Below, one piece after another: positions 37,301-49,743 of a stretch of DNA of 64,000 bases. The notes below the pieces were generated by a model that searched no databases, was not told where the DNA came from, and saw only the letters and a list, made by a program, of their open reading frames with translations. Within the stretch, counting starts at the first letter, position 1, and every line of letters starts with the position of its first letter. Both the position numbers and the translations under genes were made by a program. The stretch spans positions 44,206,001 to 44,270,000 of the forward strand of contig NW_025964383.1 of the NCBI RefSeq assembly GCF_023055435.1. The letters are read 5' to 3'. This DNA is from Haliotis rufescens. Its lineage: Eukaryota.

Positions 37301-40300
37301 GTGTTGTCACACAACAATAAAATAGATAGTAGCCCTTTGATAAGGAAATTAGGGTTGCTGTCACGTAACAGGTTTCTGATAATATGCGGGCATTAAATAA
37401 TATTTCTGTCTATTCAGCTGTAAGCTCTTATCATTGATGTTCATATTATGATTGAGAGGCTAGTGATGAGGAAATATGGGTCAGTGGGTCAGGTTTGTTG
37501 TGAGAATTGCCTTGGTGAGAGGGTTTCTGGGGACAGACTCGGAGACCTGACGGATGACTCATCGGTGTTACTGGGCAGTGGGGTAGCCTTGTGGTTAAAG
37601 CGTTCGCTCGTCATGCCGAAGACAGGGGTTGGATTCCACACATGTTTACTATGTGTGAAGCCCATTTCTGGTGTCCTGCTCTTATATTGCTAGAATGCTG
37701 CTAAAAGCTGCGTAAAACCATTTTCACTCACTCACTCACTCACTCACTCACTCAACCCACTCACTCAACCCACTCACTCACTCGTCAGTGTTACTGGGTG
37801 GACCAGTTTGTACATGAAGAGATTGGATTTGGACCTCTAAAATTCCTGTTCAACCTGTTTACAGATGAAGCACAGACGTCCGAGGACAGCATCTTCTCCT
37901 CTGCCCCCGACACAGAGCCGGGTAGAAGTAGTGTCCTGACTGCCCAGTTCAAGACACTCGGAGTGTGTCTGCAGACACTGCTTGGGTATGTACAGAATAA
38001 TGTGTTTATACATGTCTATGTTGTGTGCTACACAATTATTACCCCGGTCCGTGGATCAGTGTGCTACACAATTATTACCCAGGTCAGTGGATCAGTGTGC
38101 TACACAATTATTACCCCGGTCCGTGGATCAGTGTGCTACACAATTATTACCCAGGTCAGTGGATCAGTGTGCTACACAATTATTACCCCGGTCCGTGGAT
38201 CAGTGTGCTACACAATTATTACCCAGGTCAGTGGATCAGTGTGCTACACAATTATTACCCCGGTCCGTGGATCAGTGTGCTACACAATTATTACCCAGGT
38301 CAGTGGATCAGTGTGCTACACAATTATTACCCAGGTCAGTGGATCAGTGTGCTACACAATTATTACCCCGGTCAGTGTATCAGTGTACTACACAATTATT
38401 ACCCCGGTCCGTGGATCAGTGTGCTACACAATTATTACCCCGGTCCGTGGATCAGTGTGCATCAAAGCACATTCTCAGCTCCCTGAGGAGTGTATCATGT
38501 TCTTCCTACTGGTACAAGATTCTGACACTGCTAGGGTATGTATGTGATAAGTGAATAATAGGTGCATGTTAATGTTGGGATGTATGTATCTATCTGTGTG
38601 TATAGATTTATGCCCTTAACCAAACTCTTTACACGGTAGGGATGTTGAGGTAGTCTGGTTGTCACTGGTGATGCCAAAGGCCTGTGTACAATGTGTGAAA
38701 GCCCATTTCATCACCATGATATTGCTGGAATATTGCTGAGAGTGGCGTAAGGCAATGGTCTAGCATCGATGTCATCCTCCCCAGGCAAGGGAGTTAACTG
38801 ACTGTAAAAGTCCAGTTTCCACCCTTGCCAAACTTGGCAGGAATTTCTGGGCTCGATCGTAGCGCCACCAGTGGCTATTACGAGTTATGTCCCCTCTATG
38901 TCCCTCCTATTGACCAATCAGATTCCACCTCTCATATCACTTGAATTTGGTTCCAACAAAATGGTGGTGCCCAGTGAAGACGATCTGATCGATAATTAAA
39001 TCACGTGGGCAACTCAATTAAACACATGAAAAGATTTGGAAAATATCTGTTGATGGCGAATTGGCGGTACACATGCTTTGCAAATCCTGAAATCGACCGA
39101 AATCTGCACAGCAGTTTATGAACCAGATATCAAGTTTGATTGGACTATGCATAGACTCATTAGTCCAGCCAAAATATAACTCCATAATTCCAGCCTAGTT
39201 CAGCAAGGGTGGAAACTGGACTATTATAGTCAGTTAACCAACCTCCTTGCCTCAGGAAGATGGATGGATCGATGTGCACTCACATCACATTCTCAGGTCC
39301 CTGGGGCACAAGACACACACTGCATGATATGAGGTATCCCTGGGATATATAACCTGTCCAATATCTCATGCAGGTAGAGGAGGGAAATGAATCACTTTGT
39401 TTGTTCTTTAGAATTGATGGGTTGATTATTCTATGCCATTGAAAGCCCCATCAATGAAATGTTTCTCAAAGACAGACATTTTGTATCTGTTACCATGCGA
39501 TGTGAAGTATGGAATATGTCTTGCAGTGAGAAGCACACGTCTTCCGTGAAGATACCGGCCCAGGACATACTTGGGGTTGTGTGCCGATGTCTCGCAGTCA
39601 ACTATAGAATGCTGGTATTTGTATATTGCTGGAATAATGCTAAAAGCAGTGTTAAACTCAACCACTCAACCACTAAACCACCCATTCAAGAGCCAATTCA
39701 TGACTTGATTATTTACACGCCACTTTGCTGACCTCTCTCATCTAACAGATAAAGGCCCCGTTCGTAAAAGCAATCTTCGCTCTATGACTGCCATAAGTTT
39801 AGATTAAAGTATGGGAGTATGATCGTCTTTGTGCTAAGATCGCTTGTGGCAAGCGGCCATAATCAAAAACATTAAGTTATTTTTTAAATAAAAATAAACC
39901 AGTTAAATTTCATGATCTAAAATATAATAAAGTGTACTTTAGTTTAATATGAACAATTCGTACCTATTTTCTACTGCAGTTGGCACGCCCCACAACAGAC
40001 AGAATCCGACTGTTCTCACATCTGCCCGAGCTGCATAAGTCCAGTCTCAATGTTCTCACTGCTCTGATTATGAGGTACGTCACTGCCAAGTTTGGTCATC
40101 AGTTTGTATAGCTGGGGACATTAGTGTCCCAATGACCCGTGAAGATCCGAGGTAGAATAGGTCTTCAGCAACCAATGCTTGCCATAACAGGCGACTATGC
40201 TTGTCATAAGAGGCGACTAACGGGATCAGGTGGTCAGGCTTGCTGATTTCGTGAATGCATGTCATCCATCACAATTGCGTAGATCGATGCTCATGATGTA

Positions 40301-43300
40301 AATCACTGGATTGTCTGGTCCAGACTCGATTATTTACAGACCGCTGTCATATAGCTGGAATATTGCTGAGAGCGGCATTAAACAACAAACAACAACATAG
40401 TGTCCCAATCACCTGATACACCACAATTCCCTGTGCAGAGTTGCATTCTTTGGGCACACCAGAAATCTATGATCGTGTGTTTGAATCCTGGTTTGTCCAG
40501 ATTATGTTTCTAGCTTTGTCTACCATACTTGTGCTCAGAGTAGTTAATGCCGAGACCTGCATGGCTCTGGGCTTAACTCCCACATCAAGTTAACATGCCA
40601 TGATATAAGTGGAATACATTTCAAAGCTTTGTTTATCTCATAACATACTTCACATTGTTGTTTGGTTTGACAAAAAGATGATTTGAAAAGATTTTGGAAT
40701 ATATGTAATTGAGACAGTTGGAATACAGTGAAATAGCCAATTTCAGATTTTAAAAAATAATTGACAGTTTGGTCCGTAGATTCCACCAGGAATCAACAGT
40801 GTAGAAAATCTTCAACAGATGCTAGCTTAGACTGCATGTATGTCCTGAGTCCTGCTTTAGTCCTGGCTGTTTTCAGTGTAATTGTCATTGATAAGTCATT
40901 TCTAATCTCTAGAGAGTACATACTCTGATGTTCTTCTGCACAGCTGCCGGATGCAGTTACTTCCCTTGAGTGACCTCATCAACAAGCTGTTCCTACAGAG
41001 TCTAGCCTTTACCCACCTGGATCGGGTGTACGCCCTGGACCAGCCGCTCAGGTGAGGGAGGGGGACACTATGACACTATGGGGGAACACAGCTAGGGAAG
41101 GGGGACACAGCTAGGAAGGGGGGGACACAGCCAGGGAGGGGGGGACACAGCCAGGAAGGGGGGAACACAGCTAGGGAGGGGGGACACAACAGAGAGTGGA
41201 TCCGGTGTACGCCCAGGACTGACTGCTGAGTGGAGCGGAGGGACACAGTTGGGGGGGGGGGGGGGGGGCTGTTGCCCTTTACTGCTCACAGAGTCCCTTT
41301 GTCATACAACAGTAAGGGCAGTAGGGTAGCCAAGTGGTTAGAGTGTTTGCTTATCACACCAGAATTCTTGGTTTTAGTCTCAACATGATTACAATATGTG
41401 AAGCCCATTTGTGTTGTCCCTGAAGTTTTGCTGAAATATTCTTAAAAGCAGCATAAAACCCAACTCACTCACACAAAATTGTTCTTCAGCAACCCATGCT
41501 TGACGTAACGGGTTCGGGTGGTCAGGCTCGCTGTCTTGGTTTATGCATGTCATTGTATCCCTTTTGTATAGATTGATGCACATGATGTTAATCACTGGAT
41601 TGTCTATCTAGATGTGATTATGTCAGACAGCTATCACATAGCTGGAATATTGCTGAGTGCAGCGTTCAACAACTAGCACTCTATAAGTTGTAGCAGGATC
41701 ACTCGGGGTACTTGGGGTTCTATGGGTACCGTGATAGGACGTGGAGGCATGTGGTATAAAACCTACGAGGGACGCATAAAACCCCATGTACCCCGAGTGA
41801 TCCTGCTGCAACAAATTTATCTTACCGACATGTTTTAATATGAAATTGTAAAAGAATTAAGACAAATTCAAAATTGATAGTCAACAGCTGTTTCATTGGG
41901 TGGAGGTTAGCTTGTGCTATGTCACGTGACTTTCATTGCTTGGATGCAGGTATAAGGGATTTATTCTGCCTCTCAGAAATGCCCATGCAGCTCGTGGCGG
42001 GGAATAAGGGATTTATTTCCCCCAAGGCAGGATACCTAGTATTTATCAAGATCACGTGGACCAATCAGATCTTATCATTCTTTCATACATTTGTTGACAA
42101 TCTGTTTGTGTTACGTGTTTTGTTTTATGTTAAATGAATCTGAAAATACAGATATGCTTATGTGTCTTTTTTAAGTTTTTGTAAACGTCCTAGATTAGTT
42201 GAATTATATGTTTCATCTTTGTCAGTGCCCTGTAAGATCACCATCATGATTACAGCATCCCGAGGGAGGCGACGTACAGCAGCATGACCCAGTGGCTGAA
42301 GGTCGTCGGGGGGTCGTGTCACCTGGTGACGGAGGAGAAGGACCTCGTCAAGGAGATCCTGCATGACGTCACACCTGTCCCAGACACACTCAAGGTTGCT
42401 ACCACTGTTTGTTTTGTGTGAACAGGTTAATAACTTTTGGAGAATAAAAATGTTATATCAGTCGTGGTTCCACGTTGACATGTTGCATGGATCCAGCATC
42501 TGCTGCACTGTGGTAGTTTGAAGATGTTGAATATTTTGCTCTGGGACTGGTCATTTATTATATCATTGGGGACATGAAAAATGTCACATGTATATTGGGG
42601 TGGGGGGGTCAAGAATTGTTTTTGCAGAATATAGGATGGCGGTGGTCACAAAAAGCTGTTTCTGCAAATTTGTAACTTCTTACATCAATATGCTTATTCT
42701 GGCTCTCAAGTACTGTACCTTTGGCTGGGATTTATATAGGATTTAAACTTTGAAAATTGTTAAACAAACGCTTTTAGGGTTCAAATTTAGGAATTATTAA
42801 TTATTATTATTTTTATAATTCCGAGGTATATGAACATTGTATTTTAACATTACATTCTAGTACAAAAGAATTTAAGCCTCCTTATGGATGAAGTACAAGT
42901 CACATCGACAAAATTGGATGTTTATTGTCAATCTACATCTATGGGGAACATCTCACTCGAAGGCTCTTCCCTCTCAAAAATAACATCGTCCAATAAACGA
43001 CATCAAGTTGCAAGCACATGTTCGAATCTCCAGAAATGACGTCATGATAGAACAATGTTTTATTGTGAATTAACCACTCTTCGTTCTCCTGTGTTATATA
43101 TCCCAATAAAGTCATTCCTGTTCTATATGTTCTTCTCAGCATTATTCATTTTCTGTTTGCAATGTTTGCATTGTCCATGGTATGCTGGCATTGTTCAGTT
43201 GTATGTTTGCATTGTGTGACAGCTGAAAGGCAGCCAGAAGTGCAACATGGACCCACCTCCGACCAAGAAGAAGAAGCGCACTGGCTACCAAGAGTTGAGT

Positions 43301-46300
43301 GAAGGCATCAGCTCATACAAGAAGATCTCCCCCACCGCCAACAGCGACGTCACCAACAGCGCCTTGCAAGGTACATTTCCCTGTGGGCATTCTGGGTTTG
43401 AATAAGTACCCAGCAACCCCTGCTGGTCGTTAGAGGCGGCTAAATGGATCAGGTGGTCAGACTTGGCAGATCAGCAGATCCTTGTGGGCTAAGGGCCACA
43501 ACCCATCTGAGACTCCTCGGCCGCTCATGCTAATGTCTGGAGAGTCATTAAAGCGTTGTAAGCAATTAACGGGTCTTGGGGTCCTAGAGGTTTGGCTGCC
43601 ATAGTATTTGAATCGAGGGACTTGTTTTATTTTGAATATTCACATTATGAGAAGGACCCTGTGACCTTAGTCCATAATTTTGAACAGGAATCTTCCACTT
43701 TGTTTAAGTCAGCTCTTTTTCCAGCATTGTTGACAGGATGTGCATGACTCTGTTTCAGTGCTTCATCTGTTTGTATCCAGGTTTGGAGATGTTTTGAAGG
43801 ACAAGAATTATCAGGTAGAAAATGTTACACAGTTATTTTTTAGTACTACAGAGTCACTATATAAGTGCAATAATCTTGAATGCGACACAATGGTTTCACT
43901 GGCACAGATCTTATTGAGTACAAGTCCCAGCTGAAACCGACATTTTTCAAGTCCAGACAAAGTTTGATGTTTGTGAATTGTTCCTGCTCAGATGCGGATA
44001 TTTTCCCCCAAATATCGGCACCAAATGTCAGTAAAAATTCCCTTATTGGAAATAAGAATGAAAAAATATGGATTTGTTTCTAAATTCGCCTGCCATGGAA
44101 AATTAATTTGGAATTCTAGATCATTCCCTCTGGCTCGATTATGGTATAAGGGCACAATCACCTGACAGCTTAGTGAGTTATCTCCCTTGGATCTACAGCC
44201 TCGAGTTATCTCCCTTGGATCTTCAGCCTCGAGTTATCTCCCTTGGATCTACAGCCTCGAGTTATCTCCCTTGGATCTACAGCCTCGAGTTATCTCCCTT
44301 GGATCTACAGCCTTGAGTGGCAATCAGTCCAAAGTTGCATTTGAAAGTAAAAACTTAAAACGAAGACAATATTGAAAATAGCTACTATATGATACAGGAT
44401 ACACAGAGTATATTGTGATACAATCACTCTCAATTGCCTTTGCAGGATATCATAGACAGTGTGGTGAGCACTGTCCTAGTCATCCAACAGAACGTCTTGG
44501 ACGCGCCAGTTCCGTACGGCAGTGCCGAGTGTCGTAGGGGTCTGTACAGAACGTTGCTGGCGTGTAGCCTGCAGACTCATCCCAAGGTTGCATCCCCGTT
44601 ACAAGTTAGTTTGATGCTGTTTCGGACGGGGCTCCAGGATCCCAGTATAGAGGTATGTGGCAGTGTCAGCTTGTGCACGTACTGTCTTCACTGGAAGCGT
44701 GAAGTAGGCATGAGTAAGTGTGAAGTAGACATCCAGTTCCAATAAGGTCACGGTGTCAGCTTGTGCAAATGCTGTCTTCACTGGGAACGTGAAGTACGCG
44801 TGAAGTAAGCATGTGTAAATGTAAGTAAGTGTGAAGTAAGCGTGAAGTAAGTGTGAAGTAAGTGTGAAGTAAGCGTGAAGTAAGTGTGAGTAAGCGTGAA
44901 GTAAGCGTGAAGTAAGTGTGAAGTAAGCGTGAAGTAAGCGTAAGTGTGAAGTAAGTGTGAGTAAGTGTGAAGTAAGTGTGAAGTAAGCGTGAAGTAAGTG
45001 TGAAGTAAGCGTGAAGTAAGTGTGAGTAAGCGTGAAGTAAGCGTGAGTGTGAAGTAAGTGTGAGTAAGTGTGAAGTAAGCGTGAAGTAAGCGTGAAGTAA
45101 GTGTGAGTAAGTGTGAAGTAAGTGTGAGTTAGCGTGAAGTAAGTGTGAGTAAGCGTGAAGTAAGAGTGAAGTAAGAAGTGTGAGTAAGCGTGAAGTAAGT
45201 GTGTGTAAGCGTGAAGTAAGCGTGAAGTAAGTGTGAAGTAAGCGTGAAGTAAGTGTGAAGTAAGCGTGAAGTAAGTGTGAGTAAGCGTGAAGTAAGCGTG
45301 AAGTAAGTGTGAGTAAGCGTGAAGTAAGTGTGAGTAAGCGTGAAGTAAGCGTGAAGTAAGTGTGAGTAAGCGTGAAGTAAGTGTGAGTAAGCGTGAAGTA
45401 AGCATGAAGTAAGCGTGAACTAAGCGTGAAGTAAGCGTGAACTAAGCGTGAAGTAAGCGTGAACTAAGCGTGAACTAAGCGTGAAGTAAGCGTGAACTAA
45501 GCGTGAACTAAGCGTGTGTAAGTGCCCAGTTCCAGGATGTGGTGGATAGAGCACCTGCTGGGAGAGCAGAAGGCAGCAGCATTCCAAATCCCTACTCTAC
45601 CTAAAGATGTTAGACATGGTTAATAATGGTACTTGTCCTTTCCCTGCCTGGCTCTCAGAATTAAAGGGATAAAACAAGGACTGGTGGGTTTGGAGTCAGT
45701 ATATTGTAAAATTGCATCATGGTATCTTGCTGGTTTATCGCCATTGAACCGGCATTGATGCAGACTGGGACAAGCAGCCCGACACACACACGCAAGTCTT
45801 TGTATAAGTGCAATAAGGACCGCGACATTCCACCCTGTTTCACCTTAAACATTTACATGATAGTCCCTGTTTTCTTGTGTATATTACAGATGTTTTACAG
45901 AAAACACAGTAGTGTAGAAGGGTTCAATCATTTTTAGCATCTATCATCAAATGCGTTGATAATCGTTTATGACCCAGGGTAGAATTGGTCTTCAACAACC
46001 CATGCTTGCCGTAAAAGGCAACTAACGGGATTGGGTGGAAAGGCTCGCTGACTTGGTTGATGCCTGTCATCGTATCCCAATTGTGTGGATCGATGCTCAT
46101 GATGTCAATCACTGGTTTGTCTAGTCCAGATTTGATTATAGCTGGAATATTGCTGAGTGCAGCGTTAAAGAACGAACAAACAAAGATAATCGATGATAAT
46201 TGTTCTGTCCTGTCGTAGTATTAAAAGCAGTTTTATTTTCTGTGCTTTCCCTTGACTGCCAGAAAAAGGCTCATGATTTTGCACAGAAGGTCGTTGTATC

Positions 46301-49255
46301 TGTATAATTTAAGCAAAACAACATGGTGTTGTTAATAAGGTATTCATGTAGCTTGAGCATCAGTCACATAACAGGATGTGATGTTAGCCACTATTGTGAA
46401 GCCCAAGTCAAGTAAAAGTCTGTTCAGTCCAGTAAGGTCAGCCGTATTATCACACTATGATGTACTCAAAATGATGCTAAGGGTCAGGTTCGGGCTAGCT
46501 TGTAAAAGTTTTCTGAAAGATTGATATAAAATGAATGTTGTCTATGTGTCAAATTTTATTCCTTTGTTTTCGTTGGCTTCTGTGAATGTTTTTTTTCCAT
46601 TTTTCATGTTGAATAATTATTCTTCTTGTATCTTTAGAACTAATAAAAATACTGCTTGGTTAGCATTACTACTAAGGCTAAATATTATAAAAGTCTTGGT
46701 TCTCAGGCACCGCCCGCATCATCATTACGTTTGCTGCATGTTTTGTTTAAATTTCTATATTTTTTTTAAATAAGAAAATCCTTAAATATTCCAAGTCCAT
46801 CGGTAGTCAAATACTGTATTCATCAAGGAATACAATGTTATATGAGACCCTTTCCCAGGTTGATTGTGCACATCTGTTTATTTCATTACATACTAAGTTG
46901 AACATCACCCCCCCCCCCAAAAAAAACCACACACAAAAAACACACTGCCCGCCAGCACTATATTTTCAAAAGCCATTGCCTGAGAACCTATTCTTATATT
47001 TTTTATAAGCCTAATAATAATGATGTTAATATTATTTATAACATTAAATGTTGTCTCCTCCCTCTTCTGTTGCAGGTGTCATACATGTGCCAGGAAGCCC
47101 TGACAGTGTGTGAGTGCCTGGTGCACCCCCGGGCCCCCTGTCTGCGGGGACCACGCCTCACACAGACCACCCTCACAGTACACCGCACCACAGTGGTTGA
47201 AGCCGACCTAAATGGGAACAACATAGCTACAGACAGTCCCCAAGTATCCAACACACACAGCTCCGATGTACACACAAACTCTGTAACCAGTTCAGTGACT
47301 GACACCCATAGGTTAGAATCGGTATCCTCAGGTCATAACACTGTTGATAATTCACTGCATAGCGTGTTGTCAGAGTCAGTTCCTAAAGATTTGAATATAT
47401 CCTCATCTAGTCTGCATTTGACAAACAGGACTGCTCCTGAAAGTCCTGAGAGTGTAGTAGACGAGGGAGTGACCAGCAGTGATGGAGTGGATGCTGTTGA
47501 TGATGTTGAGATGCTGGACAAGACGCATGGTCACGAAACGAGTGAAGATATCGGCAGTGAAAAGTCTATGACACAGGAACAGGGGAGATCAGAGTTGGAG
47601 GTGGACAAAGAGTTATCTGCCCCTGTGTCAGGGACAGAGATGGTGGAAGATGTGGAGAGTGGGGAGGGGAAGGTGCTGCCATCGGCATCAATAGAGTCAT
47701 CCCAACATGTCGGTTCAAGCGATCAGGGGATAAGGGTAAAATACTACATATTAATTACTTCTTTAAGCTGATGTGTTATTTGCAACTCAGCAAGTGTCAC
47801 TGCCATATATTTTGCAATTATTTATCATATTTTGAACATCTTGGTTATGATGTCCCAAGTAGCCTACGTATGTTGCTAGAGCCGACTAAATGGATTGGGA
47901 GATCCAGCTCTGTTGTATGGTTCTCTGTGTGTTGTACACTGGTGAAATGGGACGTTGCTCGTAGCATTAATCACAGCTAGGTTTATCTGGTCAAGCCTCA
48001 CATATTATAACTCTATGATGTACTTAAAATGGTGCTAAGAGTCAAGTTTGGGCCAGTAGACCAGCTAATAAAAGTTTTCTTTACATTGTCATATGGCATT
48101 AGGGCTCAGTCACACATTCAGGATTAATACTGCTGTCCTTGCTAAGATCATTCCCGATTAAAGTTGGAAGTTGAAACTGTGATGTTTTCTTAATACTTTT
48201 CTCCCTTATTCTCTGCATGCCCCTCAATAATGACACGGGGGGCTCTGTATAAAGAACTTGGTTTAACTTGCATCCTATGTAGTAGGATCATAGGCACGTA
48301 ATCCACAGTTTGATGACATCAAGCCTGAGAAAGCATGGCAAATTACACGAAACACAGGTATTTGGGATGTATGGCAAATAAACTTTAGAGGTATTGAGAT
48401 CAATTTTGTGTCAATTTCATCAAAATCATATCTTAGTTCTCGCTACCGCTAAACAAAGATCTGAGGACATCCCATTACGGGTCACGTCAGAATGACCTTT
48501 CATCTGACCAATCAGAGCGTCACTTATCAGATCATGAAAGTGACTGCTGGTATGTGATTTTTGATCATGCAACCTCGAAAAAAAACATACTGGGTATTCC
48601 GAACGACAGTTAAAGGCTTTATGTCTGTATTCATACAATCTAGATCATCTATTAGCCATTCCAGAATGTTCTTTTGTTCATTTTTTAATCAATATATGTC
48701 AAAATATGTTTCAAAGCGTAGTTGCCAGTTTGAAACTCTTGCCGTAAAGCTTGATTAAGCTGCCTTCTGATTGGCTATTGTCGACTTCTTGTCAGTCATT
48801 CCATTGGTCGGTCAAAGTTCACGAAAGGTTTGTCTGACGTGACCAGTAATGGGATGTCCTCAGACCTTTGTTTATCGGTTGCGAGAACTAAGATTGTGGG
48901 TTCAAATCCCGGTTCGCCCGATTATGTTTCTAGGTTTGTAAGCACCATACCCATGCTCGTGGGTTTCACCGAAGTGGTAAACCTCTGAGACCTGCATCAC
49001 TTCAGGCTTTCCTCCCACATTCAGCTGCCACGCCATGACTGGAATACTGTTAAAATCAGCATTAAACTTAACTCACTCGTTTGGGGAAAATAATTTTTTC
49101 AAACATTTTCTCCAACTATATTAAACTTCCTGCCTCACTCAGAACCCATCAAATAGGGTGACTTTTTCATCTGATATTTTGAATTCTCCTTACAGAGTAG
49201 TGAGGTCGACGCCATGCTGTTGAGCTTTGTTGACGCTGGACCAGACTCGGACTAA
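31310..49255 (+). CDS. PELP1: Proline-, glutamic acid- and leucine-rich protein 1 (Rix1 homologue), about 799 aa
   Basis: Exons 31310-31435, 32285-32349, 33311-33416, 34636-34785, 35198-35269, 36523-36721, 37865-37985, 39527-39614, 39980-40074, 40944-41051, 42256-42394, 43223-43370, 43759-43814, 44446-44652, 47076-47735, 49196-49255. Phases are consistent, total 2400 nt. PELP1/Rix1 motifs: RHDGLVLLERMVAQCSTEVF..WFKLLLQVLQ, CVSYFPGPC, ANSDVTNSALQ, PYGSAECRRGLY, CQEALTVCECLVHPRAP, C-terminal AMLLSFVDAGPD. AATAAA at 49275-49280. Confidence 0.92.
32959..33089. mobile_element. Short Tc1/mariner-type MITE
   Basis: TIRs CACTGAACAGAAAAGTTAGGGATCATGAA / TTCATGATCCCTAACTTGTTTTGCTCAGTA. Sister copy at about 50499-50614. 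Confidence 0.6.
38023..38460. repeat. 39-bp minisatellite, about 11 copies, in PELP1 intron 7
   Basis: GTGTGCTACACAATTATTACCC(C/A)GGTC(C/A)GTGGATCA with two alternating variants. Confidence 0.95.
38773..39262. mobile_element. MITE / non-autonomous DNA transposon with about 70-bp TIRs (CATCTTCCCGAGGCAAGG...)
   Basis: The two ends are reverse complements. Related copies at 9022-9456, 51370-51842, 11868-12060 (truncated) and 14311-14719 (-). Confidence 0.8.
40134..40396 (+). mobile_element. SINE-like family 2 full copy in a PELP1 intron
   Basis: Full consensus, with TSD TAGTGTCCCAAT on both sides. Confidence 0.85.
44175..44316. repeat. 28-bp tandem repeat, 5 copies (GAGTTATCTCCCTTGGATCTACAGCCTC)
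   Basis: Direct inspection. Confidence 0.95.
44790..45522. repeat. (GTGAAGTAAGY)n 10-11-bp satellite in PELP1 intron 14
   Basis: More than 60 units. Confidence 0.95.
48431..48893. mobile_element. MITE with about 60-bp TIRs (TTAGTTCTCGC...GCGAGAACTAA)
   Basis: 48431-48490 is the near reverse complement of about 48833-48893. No coding capacity. Confidence 0.75.
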
Positions 49256-49504
49256 TCGGTGTCAGCAAATCAGTAATAAAGAGATCAAACTGTTCAAACC
49301 TTGTTCATTTCAATAATTTGACAGAAGATACAGCGGCCAGGGAGTCAAACCACATCCTTCTGTTCTACGAGCAGACACATGATCCACTACACCGCATACT
49401 GACTCCGAGGTGACCATCTCTTAAAGCTGACATGATAACCAGTATCGCCTTTTGGTATGACTATTGAAAGAGATGCAACACTGTACAGTGAATTGCAGCG
49501 TTGG

Positions 49505-49743
49505 GCACGGGTGGCCCAGTCGTTTAAGGCGCCGCGATTTGCTGTGCAGAGTTGCGTCCCTTTAGCACGCCAGAAATCTCTGATTGTGGGTTTGAATCCC
49601 GGTTTTATGTTTCTAGGTTTGACAGCACCATACCCCTGCTCGTGGGTTTCACCGAAGTGGTAAACGTCTGAGACCTGCATCACTTCAGGCTTTCCTCCCA
49701 CATTCAGCTGCCACGCCGTGACATAACTGGAATACTGTTAAAA
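49505..49743 (+). mobile_element. SINE family 3 copy downstream of PELP1
   Basis: GCACGGGTGGCCCAGTCGTTTAAGGCGCC...GTGGGTTTGAATCCC plus the family body. Confidence 0.8.

Noticed and set aside
37982-38554. Repetitive ORFs (CATQLLPRSVDQ)n and (VLHNYYPGxWIS)n
   Set aside because: These are translations of a 39-bp intronic minisatellite and have no independent gene structure.
42226-42255. Upstream AG (42225) as the PELP1 exon 11 acceptor
   Set aside because: It introduces an in-frame TAA. The AG at 42255 keeps both frame and homology.
44599-45405. 268-aa His/Thr/Leu-rich minus-strand ORF
   Set aside because: It is an antisense read of the GTGAAGTAAG satellite.
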